Below, piece after piece: positions 29,331-38,690 of a DNA stretch of 64,000 bases (positions are counted from its first letter, which is position 1; every line of letters begins with the position of its first letter). A program made the translations under genes and the position numbers. The DNA lies in the IMG/VR virus record IMGVR_UViG_3300031992_000070, positions 16,912-80,911 of that record; one strand, written 5' to 3'. The notes beneath the pieces were generated by a model. The model ran no database searches, was not told the origin of the DNA, and saw nothing but the letters and a program-made list of their open reading frames with translations. Origin of the DNA: a virus. Its lineage: Duplodnaviria > Caudoviricetes.

Positions 29331-29390
29331 ATGTAGGATAGTCAGGGGTCATGACCTGATGATAAGGGTAAAGCCAATCGCCCTTCCTAC
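29321..29390 (+). promoter_or_regulatory. Promoter plus three-helix leader of the endonuclease gene
   Basis: TACCTTTG at 29321-29328; GTAGGA/TCCTAC, TCAGG/CCTGA and AAGGG/CCCTT helices. Confidence 0.55.
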
Positions 29391-29411
29391 ATTTAACGAG
29401 GTTGGTAATTT

Positions 29412-30173
29412 TTGATTGGTATGAGAAGAACAAGAGAGCAGATTGTTGCAGAACAAGATGAAAGATTGTTATGGAACGGAAATAAGCGTAGGGAAGATTT
29501 TAGAAATCGCTACATTGAAAAGTTTAATGCTTTATATGGTGACAAATATGATTATCTTGATGCTGATTTTCACACACATAATGGTCTTATTAATGTATTG
29601 TGTCCAGAACATGGTTTGTTTAAAGTGACCATACAACAGCATTTGCATGGCAAGGAATGTCCGAATTGCAAGCCTTGGAGAAAGAATCAAGTAAAAACAG
29701 AAAAAACAAGACCAAATGGTGTTGTTTTAAAAGAATTGGCTTACAATCGTATCAGCACACCTATTGATGCAGAAAAGAAAAATGAATTGTATATATTAAA
29801 AAAGATGCATCCATATATTTCTTCTCGTTCGGAAGGAGAAATATTAATAGCAAGGTATTTAGACAAAAACGACATAAAATATTATCGTGAATGGAAATTG
29901 CCTAATGAATACCTGCTAAACCCCCGCAATTATATGCTTGTTGATTTTTATTTGCCAGACCACAATACGTTTATTGAATTTAACGGTGTTCAACATTTCA
30001 AGCCGATAGGTTGGTTTGGAGGTAATGATGTTTTTAAAATGCAACAAGAACGTGATTATGGGCTAAGATTGTATTGTAAGGAACATGGCATAAGGCTAAT
30101 TGAAATTTCGTACAAAGATGTGGGAAAAATCGCGGAAATTTTGAAAACGAAAGTTAAAAACCTTAATAAGTAA
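29412..30173 (+). CDS. DUF723-like zinc domain fused to a DUF559/Vsr-like endonuclease (homing endonuclease-like)
   Basis: YGDKYDY..VLCPEHGLF..HLHGKECPNC; SEGEILI..VDFYLPD..IEFNGVQHF. Confidence 0.8.
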   Translation: MIGMRRTREQIVAEQDERLLWNGNKRREDFRNRYIEKFNALYGDKYDYLDADFHTHNGLINVLCPEHGLFKVTIQQHLHGKECPNCKPWRKNQVKTEKTRPNGVVLKELAYNRISTPIDAEKKNELYILKKMHPYISSRSEGEILIARYLDKNDIKYYREWKLPNEYLLNPRNYMLVDFYLPDHNTFIEFNGVQHFKPIGWFGGNDVFKMQQERDYGLRLYCKEHGIRLIEISYKDVGKIAEILKTKVKNLNK

Positions 30174-30265
30174 CCTTATTTAGTTAATTTATTTGTTTAA
30201 TAAGTGTACTTATATATATCTTTGCACTAAGTTTAACGTAAAACAAAAGAATTTATTAAGTTATT

Positions 30266-31279
30266 ATGACGAACAAAGTAAGTGATATTCCGCAGGAGCT
30301 GATGTCTAAGATGCGTCAGTCCTTTGAGGCCGAGCCGAAGATTCGCGAGTTGCGTGTCAACCAGCAGATGCTGATGCGTACTGGCAGGTACGATGCCGCG
30401 TTGGCTGTCGCACAGAATGTAGAGGTTCTGTTCAACCGTGTTGTCTTTGAGTATCTGGAGAACGCGGAGAACGAGGTTGAGAAGATAGACATAGCGACGA
30501 TGGAGATGCCGACAGGTGACAAGGAGGACTTGATGCGTCATCTTCTTGTGTGTTTTATGTGTGCGGACATCATCAAGTCTTCGATACAGGATATGGACAC
30601 GATTCTGCACCGCTACGACAAGACGATGTACATGGAAATGTTCAACGATATGCGTCAGGTGATGGATATGGCCGAGCAGAAGCTGAGTTACTTGCAGCAG
30701 AACAGCGGCTACCTGAAAGACCTTGTATGGGGTGAGAAGTGCGACAATATGTACGATATAATGGTCAGCAAGGCTGGTTCTATTATGCGCAAGATGAAAG
30801 ATGACCCGAACTGGGGTAAGAATACGGAAAAGTTCAATGAAAAGAAATAGAGCCTTTCTAAGCGCGTTAAAAGTCCTTTGTGGTAACTTATACCGCTTTG
30901 GCATTGAAATGCGCCCTATGGGCTTAAAAAGTGGCAAAAACAACGTTTAACGATAAACAATAGGATTATGATTAACAGAGAGTACGAGAGAATTGCCCCT
31001 TGGAAGAAGGAGCTGTCTATGAAAATTGGGCTTTACGGCCTTAGTGACTTACGCAAGCTCGCCCCTATCGGGGATTTGGGCTACGAGAACGGCTGGTACT
31101 GGGACTATATGGGTCGCAAGGGATGGTTCTACGGCGATATGGAGAAAGCGGTTATGCGCGCTTTCCATGAGCAGGGCTTCAAGTTCGACAAAGGGTGGAG
31201 TACGGGCTACCTAAAGACCGACCACCACAGCTTATGCACGGAGTTAGGTTTGTCTTACAGTGTTGACAGCGGTGACTGA
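30266..31279 (+). CDS. Two hypothetical genes (30266-30850, 30968-31279)
   Basis: Co-oriented ORFs after a TATCTTTG promoter at ~30217-30224. Confidence 0.7.
30850..30930 (+). repeat. Dispersed imperfect-palindromic element, copy C
   Basis: AGCCTTTCTAAGCGCGTT...TAACTTATACC...AAATGCGCCCTATGGGCTT. Confidence 0.6.
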
Positions 31280-31439
31280 TATGCGTATTGTCAAGAAAGT
31301 GGGCTTTGGCGGCTAGGATGGTGAGTCGTGGACGAGTTATCTTGTCTTTGGCAGGTTCTGGGTTCACGTCAACCGTCGCCGCCGTTGGCCTTTCGTTAGT
31401 TTCAAGGAAATACCGTTTTAAAAATTAAATATTATAGTT

Positions 31440-31808
31440 ATGGATATTACAGGTACAGTAGTTACAGTCTTGCCCGAACAGCGTTTCAACGGCAAGAATG
31501 GTGAGGTGGTAAAGAATCAGTTTGTCATCGAGCACGGCGGTCAGTACAAGAAGAAAGCCGTCTTTAGTGTTCTTGGCGAGGACAAGTGGAAACAGATGAA
31601 TGTTGTGCAGGATGCGGATGTGCAGGTGTCATTTGACGTTGATGCCCGCGAGTGGAATGGCAAGTGGTTTGGCGAACTGATGGCGTGGCGCGTGCAGAAT
31701 ATCAGCGGCCAGCAGCAGGCATCCGCAAGTGCAAGTCAAACACCTGCACCGCAGGCACAGATTCCGCAGGACGGCTCACATGTGGACGATGAGAACCTGC
31801 CTTTTTGA
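31440..31808 (+). CDS. DUF3127-family OB-fold (SSB-like) protein
   Basis: MDITGTV..VLPEQ...WK.Q.V..VQVSFDVDAREWNGKWFGEL.AWRV and the acidic tail DDENLPF. Confidence 0.85.
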   Translation: MDITGTVVTVLPEQRFNGKNGEVVKNQFVIEHGGQYKKKAVFSVLGEDKWKQMNVVQDADVQVSFDVDAREWNGKWFGELMAWRVQNISGQQQASASASQTPAPQAQIPQDGSHVDDENLPF

Positions 31809-31840
31809 ATATTGGGTGAACAGACTAAAGTCTTTAGGAT

Positions 31841-32170
31841 ATGTCGAAACAACGTAACGAAACGCTTCAAGCCCTGTGCCGCGACTATCTGTTGCGGTTG
31901 CGGTACATGGCAAAGAAGCACGGCATTGACGTGGATTCTATCATTCGTGCCAACAGGCGCAGCGAGTGCGAAGCCACGCAGAAAGAGGTAGAGATGCTTG
32001 CACGTTGTGTTGACGATGAGCGCATTTCACGCACGGACATACCGAAGCTGCTTGGTGAATCATACCGTCAGAGCGAAAGCAGCGGTGTGTTCGACAGGAT
32101 AAAGAAACTGCGTCGCGTCGGTATCTATTCAAAGGTTAGTGCATTGATTTACAAAAACAGAAGAAAATAG
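31841..32170 (+). CDS. Hypothetical protein (109 aa)
   Basis: ORF abutting the methyltransferase start. Confidence 0.7.
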   Translation: MSKQRNETLQALCRDYLLRLRYMAKKHGIDVDSIIRANRRSECEATQKEVEMLARCVDDERISRTDIPKLLGESYRQSESSGVFDRIKKLRRVGIYSKVSALIYKNRRK

Positions 32171-32172
32171 TT

Positions 32173-33012
32173 ATGGAATATACAAAAGAACATCCGTTAA
32201 GAGTTGTGACTCTTTGTTCTGGCTATGATAGCCAGTGTCTTGCACTTGAGCGTCTAAAGGCTTATTATCAAGATTTTGATTATGAGCTTATCGCTTGGTC
32301 AGAGTTTGACCCAGAAAGCACAACGCCGCTTGAAAAGCAGCCTGCCGTAGTTGCACACAATGCATTGTTTCCGCAGTGGGCTGACAGGAATTTGGGTGAT
32401 ATGACAAAGATTGACTGGACCAAAGTTGATGATTTTGATTTGTTGTTCTATTCGACTCCCTGTCAGAGCATTTCGTCAGCAGGCTTGCAGCACGGATTTG
32501 TGGAGGGTAGCGGCACAAGGTCAAGTATTATCTGGAACGTGCGTGATGCCGTCAAGGAGAAACGGCCTAAATTTCTTTGTCTTGAAAACGTGAAAGCGAT
32601 GGTCAGCGGCAAGTTCGTGGGGATGTTCAATCTTTGGCAGAACGAGTTGGAAAGGCTTGGTTACGCAAACTTTGCACAGGTGTTGAATAGTAAGGATTAT
32701 GGTGTTCCTCAGAACCGTGAAAGGATTTTCTTGGTCTCCATCCGCATAGATGATGAGTCGCCAAAATACAATTTCCCGAAACCATTCCCGCTTGAAAGGA
32801 AACTGAAAGATGTGCTTGAGGACAGTGTTGATGAGAAATACTATTTGTCTGATGAGCGTGTGGAAGGGTTGTTGAATAGCACACAAAAGGAGTCCGAGCG
32901 CGGCAACGGTTTTGCTTTTAGTCCTACCGATGGCAATGGCGATGCTCATGCCATAAAGACGCAGGATGGTAGTCGTAAAACCGATAATTTCCTGTTTGAT
33001 GATTATGAGTAA
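32173..33012 (+). CDS. C5 DNA cytosine methyltransferase, N-terminal polypeptide (motifs I-VIII plus first TRD-like segment)
   Basis: TLCSGYDSQ (motif I variant), STPCQ (IV), LENV (VI), PQNRERIF (VIII). Confidence 0.9.
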   Translation: MEYTKEHPLRVVTLCSGYDSQCLALERLKAYYQDFDYELIAWSEFDPESTTPLEKQPAVVAHNALFPQWADRNLGDMTKIDWTKVDDFDLLFYSTPCQSISSAGLQHGFVEGSGTRSSIIWNVRDAVKEKRPKFLCLENVKAMVSGKFVGMFNLWQNELERLGYANFAQVLNSKDYGVPQNRERIFLVSIRIDDESPKYNFPKPFPLERKLKDVLEDSVDEKYYLSDERVEGLLNSTQKESERGNGFAFSPTDGNGDAHAIKTQDGSRKTDNFLFDDYE

Positions 33013-33157
33013 GGTGAAAGTTCCGCTTAACACTGATGTTGATGGTTGCTGTATGACTATCAAGACAAGTTATAGTCGTATGACATACGCGAATTTCCTT
33101 GGTCACCAGCACGACGGTTATGCCGCAACTGCTATTTGTGAGTATGAAAGCGAATAA
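33005..33157 (+). CDS. Methyltransferase TRD-like mini-ORF 1 (50 aa)
   Basis: MSKVKVPLNTDVDGCCMTIKTSYSRMTYANFLGHQHDGYAATAICEYESE; ATG inside TATGA. Confidence 0.65.
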   Translation: MSKVKVPLNTDVDGCCMTIKTSYSRMTYANFLGHQHDGYAATAICEYESE

Positions 33158-33314
33158 GGCAACTGGCGGCAAGAGGCTTGCATCAATGGTGTCCAAGATA
33201 GATAGGGCTTACCTTTGGATTGACACATACAATCAAAGGGTAGATGATATTGCTGGCACAATCAAGGCTCGTATTGACGGAAACTGTATGTACTATGTAA
33301 GTGTTGAGAAATGA
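33144..33314 (+). CDS. Methyltransferase TRD-like mini-ORF 2 (56 aa)
   Basis: MKANKATGGKRLAS...WIDTYNQRVDDIAGTIKARIDGNCMYYVSVEK. Confidence 0.65.
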   Translation: MKANKATGGKRLASMVSKIDRAYLWIDTYNQRVDDIAGTIKARIDGNCMYYVSVEK

Positions 33315-33481
33315 AAGATATGGATTGTTTCGGTCTAAGCCGTAGTAGAGACCACAAAGGCGTTATAGTTAAAAGGAGTCTTGTTCCTTACACGAACTGT
33401 ATTCACACAATGGTCGGTAGTGGCTGGAAAACAATGGAGGTTTTAGTGGTTGAGGTTTATGAAGAAAGTAATGTTTTATAA
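33311..33481 (+). CDS. Methyltransferase TRD-like mini-ORF 3 (56 aa)
   Basis: MKDMDCFGLSRSRDHKG...YTNCIHTMVGSGWKTMEVLVVEVYEESNVL. Confidence 0.65.
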   Translation: MKDMDCFGLSRSRDHKGVIVKRSLVPYTNCIHTMVGSGWKTMEVLVVEVYEESNVL

Positions 33482-33626
33482 CATAGATTCTGATGAATGT
33501 GCGAAAGCCATTCTCTCTGGCTGCTACAAGTTTGGTGTTGCCACGTTGCTGCGACCAGATGGTGCTACGATGACAAGCGTAATTGAGGTAGAGGATGAAA
33601 ATAATATCGTGTGCAATGAGAAGTAG
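33459..33626 (+). CDS. Methyltransferase TRD-like mini-ORF 4 (55 aa)
   Basis: MKKVMFYNIDSDECAKAILSGCYKFGVATLLRPDGATMTSVIEVEDENNIVCNEK. Confidence 0.65.
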   Translation: MKKVMFYNIDSDECAKAILSGCYKFGVATLLRPDGATMTSVIEVEDENNIVCNEK

Positions 33627-33744
33627 GTCGAGTGGCGACTGGCATTCATCCGAACACAGGCAGATACTTGAACTCGGAACGGACATATCCAATTCGGTCA
33701 CAAGTGTTCAGAAAGACAGTTTAATATGCGAGATTTATGATTAG
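33595..33744 (+). CDS. Methyltransferase TRD-like mini-ORF 5 (49 aa)
   Basis: MKIISCAMRSRSSGDWHSSEHRQILELGTDISNSVTSVQKDSLICEIYD. Confidence 0.65.
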   Translation: MKIISCAMRSRSSGDWHSSEHRQILELGTDISNSVTSVQKDSLICEIYD

Positions 33745-33865
33745 TTACATTATGCCAAACCCTCAAAAAAAATTTGGAGAATGGAGGTTGGATGCTAATA
33801 TAGCACCATCTATACTATCCACAGATTACAAGTCTCCACCAATAATAGTAGAGTGTTATGAATAA
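33737..33865 (+). CDS. Methyltransferase TRD-like mini-ORF 6 (42 aa)
   Basis: MISYIMPNPQKKFGEWRLDANIAPSILSTDYKSPPIIVECYE. Confidence 0.65.
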   Translation: MISYIMPNPQKKFGEWRLDANIAPSILSTDYKSPPIIVECYE

Positions 33866-34355
33866 TAACGAGTGTAAAATAAAAATAGTAGGCTATTACA
33901 TTAAGCCGAATAGGCATAGACCAGCAAAAGGAGTCGTTTATAACGCAAGCGGTATTTCGCCATGCGTTACGGATTATTCCCTTGGTGGCAATCTTGTGCC
34001 TACGATTATAGTAGATGACCATTTAAAAAGCAAAACAAATATGGAACAGACAAAAAGTAGTAAAATCGAGTTGCCAGAAGAATTGAAAGGCAAAAAGTTC
34101 AGAATCAGGAAACTTACTCCAAGAGAGTGTTTTCGTCTAATGGGTGTTAATGATGCGGACATTGACAAGATGCAGGCTGCGGGCATTTCAAATAGCGGTC
34201 TTTATAAACTGGCTGGAAATAGTATTGTCGCTGGAGGTAACTATGTTGATTACAATGGAAACGTAGATGGTGTACTATTTAATCTCTTCCGCAAGATGTT
34301 TATCGAAACGGGAGTTGAGAAAAGCGAGGAGCCTCAACAATTAACATTGTTTTAA
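33858..34355 (+). CDS. C5 DNA methyltransferase, C-terminal polypeptide (last TRD-like segment plus motifs IX-X)
   Basis: GVVYNASGISPCVT..GGNLVPTI; RIRKLTPRECFRLMG (IX); LYKLAGNSIV (X). Confidence 0.9.
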   Translation: MNNNECKIKIVGYYIKPNRHRPAKGVVYNASGISPCVTDYSLGGNLVPTIIVDDHLKSKTNMEQTKSSKIELPEELKGKKFRIRKLTPRECFRLMGVNDADIDKMQAAGISNSGLYKLAGNSIVAGGNYVDYNGNVDGVLFNLFRKMFIETGVEKSEEPQQLTLF

Positions 34356-34558
34356 TTAAATAACTCTAAAATATTTTGAACTATGGTATATATGTAGTAT
34401 CTTTGCACAAGAAAATTGCACCACGCATCGCCAGCGACAATAGATGCGGAAGTGATTAGGATATTAACGTTAAACAACTTGTTTGAAAACGGATGGTACA
34501 AAGTTGGAGTCGCTGCCGATAGAGTATCATCCGTTTGACTTAAAAATCAGCGACAATT

Positions 34559-35104
34559 ATGCTACAAGCGAAAACAGAAGAACAAAAAGCTCGGATTAAA
34601 GAAATCTTTGGCCATACGTCGGTATGGGAAGGTGATTCTGGCGACGGCATCCATATTGACGATTGGGTTTCCTATGACGAAATGGCAGAGATAGTAGACT
34701 ACCTACGTTCGGTCAACAAGCCGAAGAAAAGTGAACTGGACATGTCTATCGTTGCGACTGAAATGCGTGAGGTCGTAGATACATGGCTTGCTTACAAGAA
34801 AGAGAAAGGACAGTCGTATAAACCGACGGGATTTAAGACATTCTACAAGAAACTTTGTGAACTTAGCGGGAAAAACCCGCATATAGCGATGGCAATAATA
34901 GAACAGTCAATGCAGAACAACTACGCAGGATTATTCCCACTTAGAAACAATAATAACAACGTGAATTATGGAAGAGAAACAATCACCGACAAGATTAGGA
35001 GAAGCGTTGAAGAAGCAAACGTCTTTAGTCAGCAACTCACAGAACGAATTGGCAGTCAGCAGCAAGCCGACGTTTGTAACGGAGATAACGACGAGGTATG
35101 GTAG
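34559..35104 (+). CDS. Putative replication initiator/replisome organiser
   Basis: C-terminal WLAYKKEKGQSYKPTGFKTFYKKLCELSG...IIEQSMQNNYAGLF resembles phage initiator C-domains; structured leader upstream. Confidence 0.55.
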   Translation: MLQAKTEEQKARIKEIFGHTSVWEGDSGDGIHIDDWVSYDEMAEIVDYLRSVNKPKKSELDMSIVATEMREVVDTWLAYKKEKGQSYKPTGFKTFYKKLCELSGKNPHIAMAIIEQSMQNNYAGLFPLRNNNNNVNYGRETITDKIRRSVEEANVFSQQLTERIGSQQQADVCNGDNDEVW

Positions 35105-35636
35105 CTTTGTGCAACTTAGCAACAAGTTCTCCTATGCAAACAAGAATACGTTCGTGCAAGATGCTACGGCTTGTTTCCGCAGGGACAGTCCTACGTTCGT
35201 GCGGATAGACATCACATACGGCAGAGGCTCTTCCGCAAACTGGATATACAACATATTACAGGGTATGTTCATATTCCTTGGCGTGACGAACGACAAGTTC
35301 AGCAAGGAGCAGGTCTACAATCTCGCATGCAGCATCTATGCAAACTATAAGACGCTGAAAGTTGTTGAGTTCCTTCTGTTCGTTACACGCTTTGAGGGCG
35401 GCAGGTACGGAAAGTTCTACGGAGATACATCGTATGCCCTTACAGTCACGGATGCGCTGAACAGATTTATGGTCGAGCGGGAACACTACTATGCTGACAT
35501 TGAGCGTGCGCGTGCCGAAAAGAAGATTGAGGAAAGCAAGAAGGATACAATCACTTTTGAGGAATACAGGCGTATGAAAGAAGAAAGCGGAGAGCACGTT
35601 TCAAGTATGCTTGATGAACTTTACGGCAATGGATAA
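34968..35636 (+). CDS. Replication-associated protein (DUF6633-like, helicase-loader position)
   Basis: Overlaps the initiator gene; EFLLFVTRFEGGRYGKFYG motif. Confidence 0.55.
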   Translation: MEEKQSPTRLGEALKKQTSLVSNSQNELAVSSKPTFVTEITTRYGSFVQLSNKFSYANKNTFVQDATACFRRDSPTFVRIDITYGRGSSANWIYNILQGMFIFLGVTNDKFSKEQVYNLACSIYANYKTLKVVEFLLFVTRFEGGRYGKFYGDTSYALTVTDALNRFMVEREHYYADIERARAEKKIEESKKDTITFEEYRRMKEESGEHVSSMLDELYGNG

Positions 35637-35883
35637 GGAAGAATACAACAGACTGCTAAAGGACTGGCGGTGGAAAGAACGCCGTAGAGAAATCCTTGAA
35701 AGGGATGATTATACGTGTCAAGAATGTTACGCCGACAGAAACGACGGTGTTGTATTAAACGTACACCACAGGTATTATATAGACGGTAATATGCCTTGGG
35801 AATACCCAGACGAAGCATTGGTTACTTTGTGCGAAGATTGCCATAGAAAAGAACATAAATATAACGAAATTGATGTTTATTAA
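35629..35883 (+). CDS. HNH endonuclease
   Basis: WKERRREILERDDYTCQEC...LNVHH...LVTLCEDCH. Confidence 0.85.
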   Translation: MDKEEYNRLLKDWRWKERRREILERDDYTCQECYADRNDGVVLNVHHRYYIDGNMPWEYPDEALVTLCEDCHRKEHKYNEIDVY

Positions 35884-35969
35884 TATAATAATCATTAAAC
35901 GATTTGGAATATTTAAATAAAACTTATAATTTTGCAAAACAATTTTTTATTAATTAAATTTTTAGCGTT

Positions 35970-36907
35970 ATGAAAACAAAAGAAAAGGAAATTCAGAAAA
36001 AGATTAAGGAACTTTGCGAGTTGATGGACGAAGACGAAAAGTTCTTTTTCTTCCGAAAGAAAGGAAATGCAGTGAATATAGCATTGCCAAGTGCAAGTGA
36101 GAGAAACGACGATAGGGTTTCAGCCGCATTGTCTTCCGTTATCGAAGCCTACTTTCTTGACAAAGGTGACGAAGGTGTTGACAGGCTTTCTGAAATCATT
36201 GTCAATTCTATCGAAGCACTTATCGGAATATCGCCTTTGGCTGGCGCAAAGCTTACGTCGCGGTTCGCAAAGGCTGCGTTGCTTGGTATGAAAATGACAT
36301 TGGATAGGATTAAGGACTTGGATGAAGATGATGATGACGAAGAGGGTGTCGAGGATTGCGAAAACTGCGAGTTTATGAGAACATGCGAAAACGAAGATGC
36401 AGTCAAGTACCGCAAGACGCATGGCATACCAAAGCCCAAAAAGAGAGCCAAGAAAGACAAGTGTAACGAAGATTTAAACTGATTTTCAGTATGGAAAAAC
36501 AGAAACTCTTTATCAAACTTCCAAATGGCAGGTATCAGGCTTATCGAGAGCCTGAGCCTCCTTTTGACAATGTACTATACAGGAAAGTGCTGCACGGAAA
36601 GAAAATCGTGTATGAGCCACAATCCATGTGTATAGACAAAGATTTGGATGAGGGCGTTTGGGTGGTTGTTAAGCACTTGTACGGCAAGTCATATTCAACT
36701 GGAAAATATCTCTATGACTGCTTTATGTGCTTAAAGGCAAGTGATATTCAGGACGTTCAGTTGTCAAAACTTGGCGGGATGGATAAACTTGCCGACTATC
36801 TTAGTCATAATTGGGATAAACTGCCAAAAAACAAGTCGCAATACGACCTGTGTCGCGCAATAGTCGGATTACTGTTTAACTACGAAAAAGAAAAAGACAA
36901 GAAATGA
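35970..36907 (+). CDS. Two hypothetical genes (35970-36482, 36491-36907)
   Basis: Co-oriented ORFs. Confidence 0.7.
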
Positions 36908-37155
36908 CAATGGAACTTACAGAAATAGAAGACGAGATGGGAAATGTCTACAAGCAACAGACTGGAGGTAGCCACTACCAGAATTTGAAAATAACACCAA
37001 TTGAGTATGCGATGGAAAACAAGCTTGACGCATGCCAGTTCTCGGTTGTCAAGTACATAACGCGTTTCCGTGACAAGAACGGACTTGAAGACCTTATGAA
37101 AGCAAAGGACTTTATAGATATGTTAATCGCATCTGAATATTGTAATCAAAAATAA
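36904..37155 (+). CDS. DUF3310 (SaV-like) protein
   Basis: QTGGSHY...PIEY...VVKYITRFRDKNGLEDLMKA. Confidence 0.85.
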   Translation: MTMELTEIEDEMGNVYKQQTGGSHYQNLKITPIEYAMENKLDACQFSVVKYITRFRDKNGLEDLMKAKDFIDMLIASEYCNQK

Positions 37156-37244
37156 AGCCTTGTGAGCGCATTTCTTTTTGTTTGTGGCTAACTATACCAC
37201 AAGTGTAGTAAAATGCGCTTAGAACGGCTAAAAAACGGCTTAAA
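37156..37244 (+). repeat. Dispersed imperfect-palindromic element, copy D
   Basis: AGCCTTGTGAGCGCATTT...TAACTATACC...AAATGCGCTTAGAACGGCT. Confidence 0.6.
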
Positions 37245-37711
37245 ATGGAAATTATGGATAAAAGGGAGATGGAAGAGGCACAAAAGATGATAATGCCGAA
37301 CAAATTGTGCATACACTGCATTCACAAGAAAAGGCAAAAGCGAAAGTATAAATCGCAGATATACTGCGAAATGCAGCCGTCGCCGTATAGTGACAGCGGG
37401 TTCAAGACAATCAAGGCGCACGACTATGCGTGCGGATTATATAAACAGAAAGAATAAATGATATGAATAATTTGTTATTTTTTATTATAACTAATGGATA
37501 TAGTGTAGAACGTTGGCACAATATGTCTATGTTTCCAAAACTTAGTATAATGCTTTGCTGTGTGTGCATTTATATTGCATTAATGTCTGTTATTATTGAC
37601 ATGTATCGCACAAATTGTAGTATATCTGAAAAAATAACGGAAATATGTCTTGGTATGTGTTTTTCTATTTTTGCATTATATCTTTTAGTAAATTCTATTA
37701 TTTATTGGTGA
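37245..37711 (+). CDS. Cys-rich small protein (37245-37457) and small membrane protein (37463-37711)
   Basis: LCIHC..YCEM..ACG motif; two hydrophobic helices in the second ORF. Confidence 0.55.
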
Positions 37712-37713
37712 TT

Positions 37714-38121
37714 ATGGCAGATTTTACTGTACTCGGACACATAAGCAACATAAAGTTCCTTCAAGACAGCATTCTTGTTATTGTGGATGAGAACAAGAAC
37801 GGATACACGAAACCGAACGGAGAAAAGGTAGAGCCGAAAGTGCTTACTTGGAAATGCATCTTTAGCGGCAACGCAAGCAAACGTGACTATGTGAGCAAGT
37901 ATTTCAACCAAGGAATGCTTGTGCAGGTAAAAGGAGAGATTGTCCCGTATGCGGTTGAACACGGACAGTTGATAGAAGGGTATTCGGTTTTCATCCAGAC
38001 ACTGAATCGGGCGAGTTACCCGACAACAACAATTAAACAGGAAAGGAGACTAATCAAGGATAGCCAGTTGAACAGCACGGAAAGACCAGACTTGGAGACA
38101 TACAACCAACCAGACTTTTAG
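37714..38121 (+). CDS. SSB-like OB-fold protein
   Basis: MADFTVLGHI...TWKCIF...GMLVQVKGEI; C-terminal PDF. Confidence 0.55.
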   Translation: MADFTVLGHISNIKFLQDSILVIVDENKNGYTKPNGEKVEPKVLTWKCIFSGNASKRDYVSKYFNQGMLVQVKGEIVPYAVEHGQLIEGYSVFIQTLNRASYPTTTIKQERRLIKDSQLNSTERPDLETYNQPDF

Positions 38122-38169
38122 AATGTAACGTTACAACAAAATATGTATAACTTTTAATTTGTGTAAATC

Positions 38170-38547
38170 ATGACGCAGGAAGAGAAAATAAAGGATTTGG
38201 AACAACGTTTGGCTATGATGGAAGCAGACAATAGTGCATTGGCGGTTGACATTGAACACTACAAGAAAGTTGCAGCAGGGCTTAAAGGGCGCAACAAACA
38301 GCTTGCCGAACGAATCGAACATTACAAACAGCTCGACTTGGAAGGCGACGGACTATATGAGGAAACTCTTGCAATGCTTGAAGAGAAAGAGAAAATTATT
38401 GCTAGCTTGCAGTCACAGGTATGCAGGCTTACGGTTGAAAACAAGAAACTCAAAGTGAGCATAGAAGGAAAGGAACGCCTGATAGAAGAGCTTGAACTTG
38501 CAACAATCAAGCTACACGCGCCTTGGTGGAAAAGGATTTTTATGTAG
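38170..38547 (+). CDS. Coiled-coil protein ending in PWWKRIF
   Basis: Heptad-rich sequence with the common phage C-terminal WWKR motif. Confidence 0.65.
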   Translation: MTQEEKIKDLEQRLAMMEADNSALAVDIEHYKKVAAGLKGRNKQLAERIEHYKQLDLEGDGLYEETLAMLEEKEKIIASLQSQVCRLTVENKKLKVSIEGKERLIEELELATIKLHAPWWKRIFM

Positions 38548-38574
38548 TAACAACAGACCTTGCCATTAAAAAAG

Positions 38575-38603
38575 AAGCCACTATCCATCACGGACGGTGG
38601 CTT
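38575..38603. terminator. Probable bidirectional terminator between converging blocks
   Basis: AAGCCAC...GTGGCTT hairpin with an A-run upstream and a T-rich tract downstream, between convergent genes. Confidence 0.6.
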
Positions 38604-38690
38604 ATCCTTTTCTAACGCCTTAGAAACATCTTTTTACCTTAAAAACAATTCATAACCAAACAACTCATAGACAATCATAAAATTAAAGTG

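Noticed and set aside
29360-29390. Second hammerhead (CTGATGA present)
   Set aside because: No GAAA after the following stem and no stem III or NUH site.
32173-34355. Stop-codon recoding (TAG/TGA read-through) or sequencing errors as the cause of the methylase fragmentation
   Set aside because: The breaks are frame changes that read-through cannot repair; seven consecutive breaks fall on NATGA without homopolymers; 2272-aa and >2100-aa ORFs are intact in the standard code, and genes end in all three stop codons.
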